DNA of 64,000 bases from Camelus ferus (lineage: Eukaryota): contig NC_045696.1 of assembly GCF_009834535.1 (NCBI RefSeq), positions 108,874,001 through 108,938,000 on the forward strand, given 5' to 3'. The position numbers and the translations under genes were made by a program. The notes under the pieces are model-generated. The model had not been told where the DNA came from. It was given only the letters and a program-made list of their open reading frames with translations, and did no database searches. Position 1 is the first letter of the stretch, and every line of letters begins with the position of its first letter. Positions 39,275 to 52,679 of the stretch are shown here, piece after piece.

Positions 39275-39369
39275 GTGCTTGCTTTGACAGCATATTGCAA
39301 CTAAAATTGGAACAATACAGAAATTAGCATAGCCCCTGAAACAAAAATTCACCAAGCGTTCCACGTTTT
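39275..39369 (+). pseudogene. U6 snRNA retropseudogene (5' part of a U6/L1 chimera)
   Basis: GTGCTTGCTTTGACAGCA...ACTAAAATTGGAACAATACAG...ATTAGCATAGCCCCTG...AAATTC...AAGCGTTCCACGTTTT aligns to U6 from its +1 to its 3' U-tract, with substitutions and small deletions. Confidence 0.9.
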
Positions 39370-39660
39370 CAAGCTAGACACAAAAGGACAAATGTTGTAT
39401 GATTCCACTTACATGAAATATCTAGAGTGGTAAATTCATAAGGACAGCAGGTAGATTAGAGGTTAACAGAGGCTGCGGGAAGAGGGTATGGGGAGTTATT
39501 GTTTAATGGGTAGAGTTTCTGTCTGAAGTGATGAAAGGGTTTTGGCAACAGTGGTGATGATTGCACAACATTGTGAATGTAATTAATGCCACTGAAACGT
39601 ACACTTAAAATGATTAAAATGCAAATTTTATGTTATACGTATTTGACCGTAATTTTAAAA
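39370..39660 (+). mobile_element. L1MB-like 3' end fused to U6
   Basis: AGCTAGACACAAAAGGACAAATGTTGTATGATTCCACTTA...GTACACTTAAAATG...AAATTTTATGTTAT...TTTTAAAA is a typical old L1 terminal sequence, starting immediately after the U6 T-tract. Confidence 0.85.
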
Positions 39661-39949
39661 GCACGCAATGTTAAAGGGGGTAAAAAATTAGAACAGACAT
39701 TTCAGGTAAAAGGAGAAAGGAATGAGCTAGCAATATCTGAAAAGATGCACAACCTAATTTGCAAGTGAAAACACCAAGATAATACTTCTCACACGCCAAT
39801 GGGCAAAAATAACACAGCCAGACAATGGTAGGCTTGGTGTGATACGGAGAAACAGAAGCTTTCATACACTGCCAGTGGGAGCCTCCGTTGGTTCAAACAT
39901 TTTGGGTAAGAGTGTGGCATCAGTGAAGTTTAACACGTGCTTCCTTATG

Positions 39950-40390
39950 TATCAATTAAAGTACAGGCTGCCATAATAAAGATGCTAACAATAAAATACT
40001 AACAACAGAATGGCTTAAAGGTAAAGTAGTTCATTTCCCTCTCACACATCATCCCTGAAGTTGACAGTCCTGATCAGCGGGACAACTCTGATCCTCACAG
40101 TCATTCAGGTAATTGGATTCTGTCATTTTCTGCAAAGTTCAGGTTGGATCACCACTACTTTTAGATTTTGGCTAGAGGAAAGGGAAGCCAGATGAAAGCG
40201 TGGAGGAGGTGTACACCTTGCCTTAAGGCTCTGATCTCAAAGTAGCAGAAAGCCCCTTAGATTCCATTGTGAAGACTTAGCCATGCAGTCACATTCACCT
40301 CAAACGGAGGCTGGGAATGACGTCTAGCAGGACACCTGTGTGAAGACAGGCAGAATGGATCTGGGTGGACAACTGGTAGTCTCCACTCCA
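39950..40390 (-). mobile_element. Old MaLR (MLT1-type) LTR nested in the ancient L1
   Basis: ACAGAATGGCTTAAA...TTCCCTCTCAC...ATTCCATTG...ACTTAGCCATGCAGTCAC...GGAGGCTGGGAATG pattern. Confidence 0.55.
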
Positions 40391-42579
40391 CCCTAAGACT
40401 CAGCAATTTCATAGCTAGCTGTACCCTAGCAACACCCGTGCCCACGTGCACCACGAGACAGACACTAAGAAGCTCGCAGACACACAATTCATCACAGGAA
40501 AAGACAGGAAATCACTCCAATGTCCATCACTGTAGAACAGAGAAATAAATCATGGTATATTCATATAGAGGAGCACAAATGAATGAATCACTGCTGCATT
40601 ATTAGAAAGATGCTCCTAAGGCAATATTAAGATTCAGCTGAGTAGTAGGCATTAAAATTTAAATAGTATGTGTATATATGTACACATGCACATTATATAT
40701 AAGAATGTATGTCTGTATTTATAATAAAGTTACTTCTTCAAAATGAACTAGATATAATTTTTCACCCAACAGACTGGTAAAAACAAATGTTTTTTAATGT
40801 TAAATATAGGCAAGGATGTGGGCAGAGAGACAGTAAAAGTATAAATGGCAGTTTTAGCCTTTAGGGCATTTCGGCAGTATCTAAAAACCTTAAATTGGGC
40901 ATTTCTATGAACTGCAGTTTCCCTGCGCAACCCTAACATAGAGAAACAGCCAGGGAGGCACATAAGGAGGTGATGGGCAGAGACGTTTGGTGCAGCAAAT
41001 TTTAAAACGGGAAAAAAATTAGAATACCCTAGATGCTGTTAATTAAGGAAAGAACTGACTAAACTCTGATCCAGTCATACTAATAATGCCAGAGTAGAAA
41101 GAGGGATGTGGAACTATTTGTGCTTAATGTACATAGATCTTCCAGAACCAGTGTTCTGTGAAAAGGCAAGTTACAAAACAAGTGAGAGGAAACAGTATTT
41201 TATGTCCCCTAAAGGTGTGTATGTGGATTCTTTATTTGTCCAGAATTATCTCCAAAAAGAATTTGCTGTTTAAAAATGCCTGTATGAGGAACTATTATTT
41301 TAAAATATTAAACTTTAAAATGTTTTAAAACCAATAAAAGATACTTGGCCATTTAAATTAAACTAAGTGAAGAGATGATGCAACTCATCCATTTATTTGT
41401 AAATGTTTATTGATGCATACGATGTGTTGGAATCTGAGGGACAGCGGTGAATTACAAAGTGCCTTCTTTGCAGAATTCAGTTATTTGAAGCATTGAATCT
41501 CACCAAAAGTAAAACTTAGAAACCGCAAGACACACCATTTCCATGTGTTTTTATTAAGCAAACTCCCTGGTTTTTATGTTTTTTTTTTAAGTGAGTACAT
41601 TGGACAAGTCCAGTAACTGCTCAAAGCCTCAGTTTACCCATCTGAAAAAAATGAAGTGAGTCTAGATTCTGCTCCCAAGTCAGCTATAAGGCACTGGGAG
41701 TGCAGAATCTGATCATTGCCTTTATGAAATGCCACGTGTGGTTGTTCAAGAAGAAGAAATGAAGGCAATTTATCTTGCTCTTCAGAGTCTAAGGTATGAA
41801 ATGCTGATCATTATAACAAGCAATACAATCCAGATCAAAACACTGTTGGATGATCACACAACTAATTGGAGAGAGAACCAAAGGGGACTTATTAATGGTA
41901 AAACCCACAAATGCTTTTCAAGGAGGTCAACGTGAAACGTGTGCCTTTTTAACACCCATGCCAAGGACTCGATAACGCAGTAGAAAGAATGCTGGTTAAA
42001 TTTGTGTTTGTCACTTCTTGCCTGTTGAAATCTTCTTTTTGAAAAATTAGAATTAAGAATGGTTGGCTTTTCTCACGATGCATAGATGAGCCTCAGATCC
42101 ACACAGTTGGCTCTGATCTCGCCCAGTCTGAACGTGGTGGCCCTGATGCCCCAAACAGTGTCAGCGTCGGTGTTGTGGTCTGTCCATCTGCCCGTCTTCC
42201 TACCAGTATTGTGGGTGTTTCAAAGACCTTAAAAACATTGGCCTGAAAACTCCTCCTGCATCTCAGGCATAGAGGTCCCATCTGCATCCCTTCCTCACAG
42301 CCACCAGCATTGGACACTGCCCCACTTCCATAATCTCCAACTGTGGAAATTCCTGTCTTGGACCAGGACCTCCCAGGCTTCCAGCACCATTCCGGCCCCT
42401 CCCCCATTCATCACTACACTTCAGCTTCATCATGAATCTCAGTCCTCAGCCCCAGTCCAGCTGCCCCGCTCCATCAGGAACGTCAGGACCTCCTGGCTCC
42501 ACATGCCTCCTAGTCCAGCCTAGACACCATGGTCAGGCCATTTCAACACAGCCGGCTTTACCACCAGACACTCCAGAGT

Positions 42580-42855
42580 TAAACTCTCCAGTATGGTACC
42601 TGTTACCCCTTGAGCACTTGATATGTGGCTAGTCCAAGTTGAAATGTACTTTTGGTATAAAATATACTGAACTGTATGCCATCTTTCAAGGATCAAGGGT
42701 GAAAAAAATGTTAAATATCTCATAATTTTTATATTGATTATGTGTTGAAATGACAGTTTAATATATTGGGTTAAATTATATTGAAGTGAATTTCCTCTGT
42801 TTCTTTTACCTTTTTAATGTGTTTATTAGAGAATATATAGCTTCTATTTCTACCT
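42580..42855. mobile_element. MER3/MER33-like hAT-Charlie DNA transposon
   Basis: TTGAGCACTTGATATGTGGCTAGTCC...TTTTATATTGATTATGTGTTGAAATGA...TTTCTTTTACCTTTTTAATGTG. Confidence 0.65.
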
Positions 42856-43404
42856 TAGCCAGCTGATGACTGGAACTGTGTGAAACAGAATGTGGCTCTC
42901 TGGGGCCAAGGGTTGTCAGGGATTAGGTGGGTGTCAAGGTCACACGGAGGTGGGTCGAGGTACCGGGTGTCCAGAGGGTCTGGGCTGCCACACAGGGGAG
43001 GCAAGTCAGAGACCCAGTCCTGCAACACCACAGGCTCACGGGAGGGGAGGGGGCTTGCAGGTAAAACACTGGTCAGGTCAGTAATATTTAACATCTTTGC
43101 CATTTCAGCTGTTAGTGCTCACTGTGTAGATCTGATTCAGAGAAGAGGGGTTCAGGCAGGCAGACACCCCACATCCACAGCCGAATGACAGTAAGAAACC
43201 GAAAAAGAGGGGCCAGGTCTCTCCAGAATGAGAGGTACTGTTCCACACAGAATGAGTGATGGAGAGCGAGGAGGTCACTGTCTGATTAACTCCACCAGTT
43301 ATCTGAAGCAGCCTCCAGAAACAAACAGACATATGGGAACTTGAATATACTCTCAAGAGATTTGAGGCCTCCCTTCTCCTGGAGGTCTAAGTAAACCTGT
43401 TTCT

Positions 43405-43890
43405 CATTCCGTTCCCCAGAATCAGACCCTGAGACAGATTAAAACACAAGCCCGCGTGGAGGTGCACTGGACGCCCTGCCCCCACTGGCCAGGGCACCCA
43501 TCCTCCAGCCGTGAGCGCTGGCTGTGAACAGCTCACAGCTGAGCCCTTTTCTGGAACTTTGCCTTTGGCCAAATGGGCACTGCCTCAGCTGGGGGTGGGG
43601 GGCATACCCACCCACTCCCACCCCTCAGAGCAATCTGCAGGAAGTAACTAACTGAAATGGAGGTTCAAAAGGCTAGCGACCTTGACTCCAGAGGGGACCA
43701 ACTCTGTGGAACAGTCTGTGCTCCCCAAGGGATCAGGCTGAAGCCAGTCTCCAGCCCAGACCACAGCTCTGCTCAGCTCCATCCTCTGCCTCACTGCAGC
43801 CTCTCTCCTCTCCTGTTCCCTCTTCCCCGCTAAGTCACTTGACCAAGACCCTGCTTCAGGCTCTGCTTCCAGGGACCTCACTCCTACAGG
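43405..43890. mobile_element. ERVL-class LTR remnant(s) (LTR16/LTR33-like)
   Basis: GTTCCCCAGAATCAGACCCTGAGACA and CTGCTTCAGGCTCTGCTTCCAGGG terminal motifs. Confidence 0.45.
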
Positions 43891-46800
43891 AGGGGAAGGA
43901 AGCTTGGAGAGGTGAGGGGGAAAGTGAGGCAATGGAAGAGATGCAACCAGTGAGGGCGTGTTGCCAAACCGGCACCACCGCGGGGGACCGGGGAGTAACA
44001 CTGCGGGGGAATCTGGAAACCAGGGTAGAATACACACCCGAGGGGCAGGGAAGCAGGGGTCTTTATACACCACTTCCCAACAGACACTGGTTCGGGCTGC
44101 CAAGGTGGGGGTGCTTCAACGTCACAGCACTTCCAGCTGCTCGAGTTCAGCCAGGCCACCCTTCCAAGGTCCCAGAGAAAGGCCTGGGGCCCCAATGCTG
44201 GCAGCTGGAAGTCAGGCCACCATGACTGATGTCCCAGGGCCGAGGAAATGTGATCACGGTGGGAACGCCTTCAGTGCCAGCCCCTCGCTTGTCTCCGCTT
44301 CGTGAGTTCAATGCCTGGACCTCCACGACATCGCGCCTGGGCACCAAACTGAGCCAGACACACACTCACTGCCCTCACACAGCATGTGTGTGTGAGGTGG
44401 ATTTCTCCGAGGACTCAGCAGTGGGGAGGGAGATGTTAACTTGGTAGAAACACAGGTGGCTTCAGATAAGATTGCAAGTCCCTATTCTTCAGAGTTCTTC
44501 AGCCGCCCCACCCCAGGGACCCTCTCTGTGGCCTCAGCTCTAGGTGACCCATGTGGACAAGAGCCCATCAGGGGGTTCGGTGGAACAAAAGCGTCATTCA
44601 TTTTACAGGACTCGCTCTCCTGACAAGGTACTTGTGGATTACATTAGTATGCTATCACACTGCCTGGAGCGAAGTTAAGTTTTGAGTTTGTGTGCTGAAT
44701 TGGAGAGTACATTTTTTGTGTCGTTTCTTGGCGACATGACTTAGCACAAGGGAATGAGCAGAACGCGGTTACCAGCGTCTCCCAGGGAACCCGTGGCGGA
44801 GAACAAGAGTGGAGGCGAGTACGCCGACAGCCTGTTGGAGGAGGTCCCCGGGAGGATGTGACCACCAGCTGATCCCTGAGCTGACCCTGGCACTCAGAGG
44901 CTCTTCATCCTTACCCCCGTCCTCGGAATGTACGTTCTGCCCACTGTCCCACACTAGGAACTGTTTTGAGGACGCAGCCTTGCAAAAGCAATGAGTTACC
45001 CTCCCTGTACTGGGGTCAGTTTGCAAACCAACGCAGCCACATGGCGGGTGCTGGGGAATCAATGACAGGTCAGAAAGTCCCTGTCCTAGTGGATGTAAAA
45101 TTACATAAGAGACAGACCTTCCTCTCTAAGGACGAAGCAAATGCAATAATATCATCTCAGAGGATGCCAGCCAGAAACCAAAGTAAAACACTGCACACAG
45201 AGGGTGATGACTGGTGGGATGAGGAGCGTGCATCCCCCAGGGCCACCGGGGAGGGCAGCTGTGAGCACAAGACACTCAATCAGGGGAAGGAGACAGAAAT
45301 GTCAGGGAGAGGGCAGGGCAGTGGGGCTGAAGCCTTGTGAGGAGCCAGTAGCCAAGAGCATAGGACATGAGGTTGGTAAGATGGGCAGCATGCATTCATG
45401 CGGAGCCCCATTTGCTCTGAGGTAAGATTCTGTATGTCTTGTTCATGGAGGTGGCATGCTGAGGGGTACACCTCGGACCAGGGGGAGCATGGCAGGGTGC
45501 ACTTCGCCCTTCTCCCTCCCCTACCCGCTAACAGCAGCAGCACTGGGAACTTAATGCTCAAAGTGGACTTGGATCTATGGATGCCGTTCACCCAGGCTGA
45601 GAGAATGGTCCCTAAACGTCGCTCCCAGCCATGCCATGTGGAGAGGGCCCTGCCTGCTCCAAGGGCGACTGGCGCTGGCAGGAGAGGAACCCACCAGATG
45701 GCCCATCGACGTGGAGGCTGAGGCTCCTGTCTTTCCTGAGGCCTTGGCCCCAGACCTGTGGCAGCAGACAGGAGCAATGTCTTGCAGCCAGGATAGAGGA
45801 AGAGAACAAGAAAGCTGCACAGTTTCTCTGCACCTGGCCAGCCTTTGACTCCGGGCAGCCCTGCCATCTCTATGAGCACTCATGCACTGGTGGGAGGCTG
45901 GGGCTGGCAAGCACACTGCAAGGGCTTCTGGGCGCCAGGGGGCTCTGGGCACAGCTGCCACCCATGCTTTGGAATCTGGAGACCCCTTCCCAGGAGAGAA
46001 TCACTCACCACAGTGCCTTGGTAACACCAGCCTGGATACCTGTCTCCACATACCAGAAGCCAAATCCCCTCCTCATCACCCGAGAGGGCTGCAACTGAGT
46101 CACAGTTGAGCTGGAAACAACCCTTTGGCTCCTGAGGTGGCCCAGCTCTCTGATGCCTCTTGGGAGGGATCAAGCATCACAAGGCAATGCTTGCACTCTG
46201 TGCATGAGCCTGAGGGCAGTCTGGGAATGTCATCGGGAAGCTGCAGAGGCCACACCCCACGTGCACCCTTGGCAGGGACACAATGGGGAGAATCAAGCTG
46301 AGCAAGCACCCCACATGCAAAGCCAAGAGTGGCTCTGAACCCATTCCACGTGGAGCAGCTCCCAGACTGCAAGGGAGACGGTGGGAAGGGACAGAGGGAA
46401 GAAATGGAGGGTAAGAGAGAAGGGGGAGGGGAGGAGAGAAAGCAGATCGGCAAGAAGCTGAAGAGGAGCCTGGCCTGGCTCTCTGTCAAGTGCTCTCCCC
46501 CGAAGTGACTGGCACCCAGACAAGATGTCCACAAGCCAAGTGTCTCCCTCACAGCCATCACTGTCTCCCATAATGGCTGGCTAACAGAAATCAATCTTCT
46601 TAATGCTGCCCCGAACAGAGAGGAAGGCCAGCCAAGTTTGGCAAGAGGATCCAGCCATGCATCAGCTGCACCGGGCATCTGGCATTCAGGGGTCAGGTTT
46701 CTCCCATCCACCTCCTCTCCTGGCACCGAAAGAGCACAATGCCCGCCCCTCCTCTGGGGGAGAGGCAACAGGCAGCCAAGACTCACGTCTCAGACGGGCC

Positions 46801-47994
46801 CAGCCGGGATGCCTCCACTCCGTGCACCCACCTCTGCTTCCACCCACCGCCCTGGATGGCTGGATCCCTTTCCCCATGGAGATGTCTGTAACTTGACCCC
46901 ATCAGCACATCTGTAAATACCTCCTCCCTGAGATGGACCCCCCTAAGTCGGGGATCCAGAGTGCACAGGGCTTGAAGAATATTCTGGCTATTTCTCAAAT
47001 GTCAGTGGCCAAGAACTGGAAGAGAAAATGAGGTCTCCTCGATCTGGTGCCTCGTGGGGGTGGAGATAGGCATGGATGAGTCTCCGCTAGTCCTTCAGTC
47101 GGCCTGCCTCACTCAGCCTGGAGAAAGGACAGTAAAACCTGTCTTGGCTGGACTCAGGAAGCCAGCAGAGTTGATGGTGTGGAAGCAGGAGGCTGGGCTG
47201 CCCTGCCTTCAGGACCTGACCCTGCTGGGAGGCTCAGCGCCCAGGAATGGAAGCCAGGATGTGGGTAACTCTTGTTAGCATCTGTCCAAATGTATTCCTA
47301 CAATTGCCTTCTGGCCAACATGGGTTGATAATTTCGACTCAAGTTTGGGGATGGTTGCTAAGGGAGTCAAGAGGAAAATGTTTGGTATGTAAATCTTCTC
47401 ATTGTTTTCCAAATTAGCATCCACACAATCTGTAACTTTGAAAGACTTGGAAGCTAATTAGCCCTTGTACTTGTGATTAAGACAAAACAGACAAGAGGAG
47501 AACTCAGGGGTGGGCCTGACGATACCATTAACTATTTATAGTTTTCCTTTGCCGCTTGACAAGAGGACAGTGGGAGCTAAGAGAGAAAATGGCAAAGACC
47601 CCGTGGGTGGGGAGGTGAATTCTGTCACCCCTCAGCAATTACGTTACAGTTAACCAATGACTGAGGCTGGGAAGGGGGAAAAGAAACAGCATTTTGAATG
47701 GTGTTTGATAACAAACTAGTCTGATGCCTTCAAATCACAAGGGGACGATTAAATTCTGAGATCAGGTTAGGATGAGAATTCCCACAAAATCCTGAGACTG
47801 GAATCAGATTAGTGAAAAAGAAATGGAAAGTCATGGAAAGAATTGTAACTGTTGCAAAGCATTGACAAGTCTTTAATTTTCACTCTCATCCACCTTTTTG
47901 GATGCAATCTTCTTGCTAAAGCTAGTTTATGTTTAATAATCTCGAGAACTTTTTTTAAGAAAGAGCATAGCTTTGCCAAGAGTATGTTAGGAGG

Positions 47995-49040
47995 CAGTGA
48001 TTCCCAAACTCCCAGGGAATGGCGACATCAGAATCTCCTGGAGGTTCTATTCAAAGCTCAACTATTGAACATCCTGATTTAGTGGGTCTATCTGGGACCC
48101 AGCAGTGTGAATTGTCACCCGCCTATCCAGGAGATTTTGATGGGCAACCAGATTTGAGAATGACCTGGTATCTCTGTTATCCACCTGCAGGAGAAGGATA
48201 GCTATTTGGACAAAAAAGACAAGAACCAGTCACATACTTGCTTACCTTAATGGGGAAAGCAATCCCATGGGAAGGAAAGTAGCCTTGACATGCTGACTCT
48301 GCACATCAATGAAGTGACAGAGAAGCAACTCTGAAAGGTGGTGGAGGAGCTGGTGTAACACAGCTCCCCCAGGTCTCAGAAATGAGCCCATTGCACTCCA
48401 TGCCCTCGGGCTGAAGAGTGATGTAAGAGGGCCTAGAAATAACTGTAAGCTCTCATCTTATACCTACATCTCCTCTCACCCCTTTTGGGTAAACTGAAGT
48501 AGGACAGGTGGGAGGTCAGAAAAGTGCTCAGAGAGGAAGATGACAACCAGGACCAAGGCTGATTGGCGTCCCTCCCTCCCCCACAGCTCCTGAGGTGCTT
48601 ATGGTCAGGCTTCGGGGTTACTCCTCTGGGGTTACTAATATCAAGGATTTTTCAGAGATTATTATTGTTCAACCATCTATCCAGTCGGGAAATATTTATC
48701 AAGCATCAATTACGTGCTAAGCACCTGGGTAGCAATTCTCAATGTACATTAGAGTTGCAGGGGGAACTTAATTACAAATGTTCAGCCCCACTCCAGACAT
48801 TTTTAGTCAGTTGGTCTGCCATAGGGTCTAGGCAGTGATCGTGTTAGGAGCATCCCAGTGGCACCTGGCACACAGCCGGGGTTAGAGAGTTACCGCACTA
48901 GCGTGACTCCAGTGGTCCTCAAACGCGAGCCAGTCGCAGGACCACCTGGAGGTCTTGGTGAACCACAGATTTCCACCTTCACCCTGAGACTTTCTGATTC
49001 AGCAAGTCTGCGGTGGGGCCCAAGGATTTGCTTTTCCACA
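47995..49040. mobile_element. Cluster of MER5A-like hAT DNA transposon fragments (~47995-48165, ~48730-48890, ~48910-49040)
   Basis: CAGTGATTCCCAAAC...ATCAGAATC and CAGTGGTCCTCAAAC...TTTCTGATTCAGCAAGTCTGCGGTGGGGCCCAAGGATTTGC motifs. Confidence 0.65.
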
Positions 49041-49259
49041 CTCAGAGCTTCTGCGATACGTAGCAGTGCATCTCATGAAACTTACAGTCAGTTAATAATA
49101 CACTCCTGTGCCTGTTTCTCAGCCAGCGTCAGAGCCCGCCCACAGGCACAACTCCCTCACCACAGGGCCACCCAAAGCTATCCTTCCTCGTGAGTCTCCA
49201 AGCCTAAACTCCTGGCCTGGCTCGGAGGCCTGTTTTGTTTAGAAAGCCACAGACAGCTG

Positions 49260-49690
49260 GATTCTTATTGGAGGCTCTGGCAGGGTGAGGAGAGGGGGGC
49301 ACACTTAGTCAGGTTGTCACTATAATCCAGTTCCTTGGGTTTGCAGGACTGAGGTCCCCGTTTCTTCGCTGGCTGTCAGCCCGTGCTCCTCTAATGCATA
49401 GAAACCTCTGTGGTCCCGGCACACGGCCCCACTGTCTCAGAGCAAACAACAGTGCACCGGACCCTTCTCGTGCTGAGACTCTCTCCTGGGACCCTCTTCT
49501 GCTTTTAAGTCTCATTTGATTACATGGGGGGCATCTAGACAACCCGATAACCACCCTGTCTTAAAGCCAGCTGAGTACCAACCTTAATGCCTCTGCAAAG
49601 TTCCTTCACATCAGCACTGAGGTGAATGTTGGGTTGAGTAGCCAGGGGACAAGGACATTGAGAGACATCCTTAGACTCCTGTCCCCCGCA
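49260..49690 (-). mobile_element. MaLR MLT1-type LTR
   Basis: ATCCAGTTCCTTGGGTTTGCAGGACTGAGGTCCCCGTTTC...CTTTTAAGTCTCATTTGATTA...TGCAAAGTTCCTTCAC. Confidence 0.6.
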
Positions 49691-50724
49691 GCACACTACC
49701 TGCTTAATGCCATTTTCCAGCGAGCAGGCACTCGGAGAAGCTACGCCTCCCTAGTGTCCACCATGTAAATACTTGGTACCTGGGCTTCCAGCATCCCAGG
49801 GCTCCCAGCACCTGGGCTGGCCCACAGTTAGGAAGGGATGCCAATGCTGATGGAAAAGAGAGAAAGGTTCTCAGCTCCTTCTGGCACAGTGTGAGGAGGG
49901 AGAGAAGGAAAAATGCCTCTGGACACTGTTAAAGCCTTTCATTGCCTTAATTAGAGCTCCCGGAAATTTTAAGCAGGGCTTGCAAAATTAAGATCTGTAG
50001 GCAAAGCCTGCAGCAGGACAAATGAAGCCCTGTTCCTGGGAGATTCAGGTCTGACTAGCTGAAGATAATCCTCAGTAATGGGGTAGCATGTTTCTGATAC
50101 CCTCCAGGCTCGCTGCCTGGAATCCATTGGCCACAGAACAGCCACCCCCGTAGGTTGTCCAATATGCAAATCTGGTCGTGTTCCTGCCTGTTTCTGACCC
50201 TTCCATGACTGCCCATTTGGCGCCAAAGATTCGAAGTTCCTTGAGTCTATAAAAGACCCTCTGGTCTGGCCCGAGGTGCTCCCTCCAGCCTCATCTCCTG
50301 TCCCTCCTGGCCTCGCACTGTGTCTCCCTAAGTGTTTCAAGCTCCCTGCACACGTTGTGGCATTCCACATCTCCAAATCTTTGCTCAGGCTGAACCGCCT
50401 AGAATATCTTTTCCCCATCCTTTGACTAATCTTTAATCACCCATCACTCAACTCATGTGTCTATGCCTTCAAGAGGGCTCTTCTCTGTCCATGGCTAGAC
50501 CAGATTAATTGTCCCTGCATGTTGATTTTCCAGCTATAAATCTGTCTCCTCCTTGAATAAAGAGGGCCTGGTGTAGGCCCTCAAAAATATTTGCTTACAA
50601 GCAAAAAGAACACCACCTGTGGCAAGAACTTAGCATAATCAGAGCCAGATCTGTGCGTGTGACGATGAGTTGGAATAATCAGTGTGGGAGTCAGGAAAGG
50701 GCCAGAAGAGGGCCCAGTCTGCTG

Positions 50725-50885
50725 GACTTGCCTCTTCACTTACAGGGCCCTTTGCACAATGAAAACGCAGGGTCCCTTGTTAAGCAGTTATTAAGAATCT
50801 CAAGATGACAGAGCATTAAACCAAGCCTGGGCTGTTCCTGAGCACGGAGCCCTGTCAGCGTCACAGGCACATGCCAGCCTGCAGT
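50725..50885 (-). mobile_element. MER45A-like hAT-Tip100 element
   Basis: GGGCCCTTTGCACAATGAAAACGCAGGGTCCCTTGTT...TTATTAAGAATCTCAAGATGACAGAGCATTAAACCAAGC. Confidence 0.65.
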
Positions 50886-52679
50886 CTTGACGACACGGGC
50901 CAAAGGCTGGAGCCGGCGAGGCTAGAGTGCTCGCCCTCCGTTTCCCCAAACCCGCAAGCCTGAGTTTAAGTGTCTATGAAGTTAACCTACTGAAACTGTC
51001 CTTTAGTGGCAGGGGGCCTGTGATTCAGCCTCCAGTCGAGGCCTCTTTGTCTAAGAGGGAGATGCCACCTGGACGACAACACTGGCCACGTGGGATAAGG
51101 TGTGGCTATGTCTGTGCCTGGGGCCTGAGCACTGGGCAGCCCATTTCCCCACGCAGTGGTTGAAAAGGCCAGGTCACAGCAGAGTGCACATGTCCACAGC
51201 CAGCCTCTTCCCACCGCTGGGCCCAGAGCTAGCAAGACGGAGCTCAAAGAGAGGACTGGGAAGCAGACCCGATGGTCCTCCGGAGCACAGCCCAGGCCAC
51301 ACGGGCGGGGTGCGCGTCCACAGGGCAGGGCAGCCTCTGGACAGAACCAGTCAGTCAGGCACACAACCAGTCACAGGGAGGCCCACTGAGGGTCAAGGAG
51401 CTGCAAAGAACGCAGACCTCTCGAGCTAATTTTTAAAATGCTATTGGGCTTGCCCAATGCTTTGAGTGAAACTGGGGGTCACCAGACTGTAGGAAAACTG
51501 GAACTTAAAGGCAGCGGGGAGCAGGGAAGCTGTGAGCACGTGTTTCCCCCTCGGTGTCTCTGCTGTCCCTCGCCTTTGCGTCATCTTGCTCCCCCTGTCG
51601 CCTGACCAGCACCCTCTGCTCGCACATGGTTTCTGTCCCCACGTGACTTGGACTGCACGAGCCCCCACAGCTGTCCTGGCCTTGCTCCCCCTGCACCACA
51701 GCTCTGCTCCTTCAGTCCAAACCAGACTGTTTTTCACATTCTCAAGGGAGGAGTCTGAACTGGCCTGACATTAGCCCAGGCACAGTCTGGGATGACCACC
51801 CTTGGTCCAGCCAGTGTGGCAGAGCTCCCCAGCTAGCCCCCACCAGGGGAATGTGGTCAGGGAAGATGGGAAGGGCCCTTTCTAGAATAAAACAGAGCAG
51901 TCCCTGCAGGGTAGCCCTGGTGGTAAAGATCCAGGCAGGCAGGCAGGCAGGCAGCAGAGCGGTGCTAGGGTTTGTGCTAGAGAGGGGTAGGGTCCCAAGA
52001 ATCTGAAGGTGGAGGATGGCCCCCACCTCAAGAGGCAGGCACCAGAACTGGGTGCAGGACAAGGAGGAACAAGACCTGGGTCAGTACCACAGAGACTCCC
52101 CTGCATTCCAGAGATGCTCAGATCTGCGTCTCTGAGCCTCCAGCATCAGAGCTGTCAGCAGAGGAAAACCATGGGAGACACAGATCCCAACACACACACA
52201 CAATAAGGCCCTGTTCCCAAGGACTTTCATAGCATAAGCATGTCCAACCTCAGGTGTCCAGAACGTCTCACAGGCCAGAGCTCCCTTTCTTCCCACACAA
52301 GTTGATCGAGCTGATTCTACTGTAGGTGTGCGGTATATTAATACATATATTTGAAAGTCGTGGGGAGCCAGGCTCAGCCAGTATCTTCACCTTCTGACCC
52401 ATGTGACTCTGACCTCAAGGCCTTAGTTCAATGAAGAGAAAAGAATAAAGGTATGTGCAGAAATGTTGCTGCAGATGACCTCCACACTGGCCCAAGAGCC
52501 CTTGGAAATGCTAGTAGGTCACGTGATCGTTTTGCTTAAATTCTGTCACTTGTTCACTCAAACAAGCAAGTGTTTACCAAGAAACGATTCTGTGCTCTGG
52601 GTGCTGTGGGATTGATCCAGATGCCCTAACAGGACTCACGTGGCCTCTCACCAGCCTCTGCCCACTTCTCAAGTCAAGT

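Larger units (their letters stand above)
34300..41340 (+). mobile_element. Ancient degraded long L1 (L1M/L1ME-like) carrying nested insertions
   Basis: A-rich plus strand with decayed ORF2 motifs: AGTCCAGATGGTTTT (~37328, PDGF), GACCAATTTGGGCTT (~37536, DQVGF), GAAGCATTCCCTTTA (~37972, EAFPL), GCTGGTTACAAAGTCAAT (~38210, AGYKVN). L1M-type 3' UTR at about 40.5-41.3 kb. Confidence 0.85.

Noticed and set aside
39275..39369. Functional U6 snRNA gene
   Set aside because: The ACAGAGA box and internal stem region are mutated or deleted, there is no upstream PSE/TATA, and it is fused to L1 sequence.
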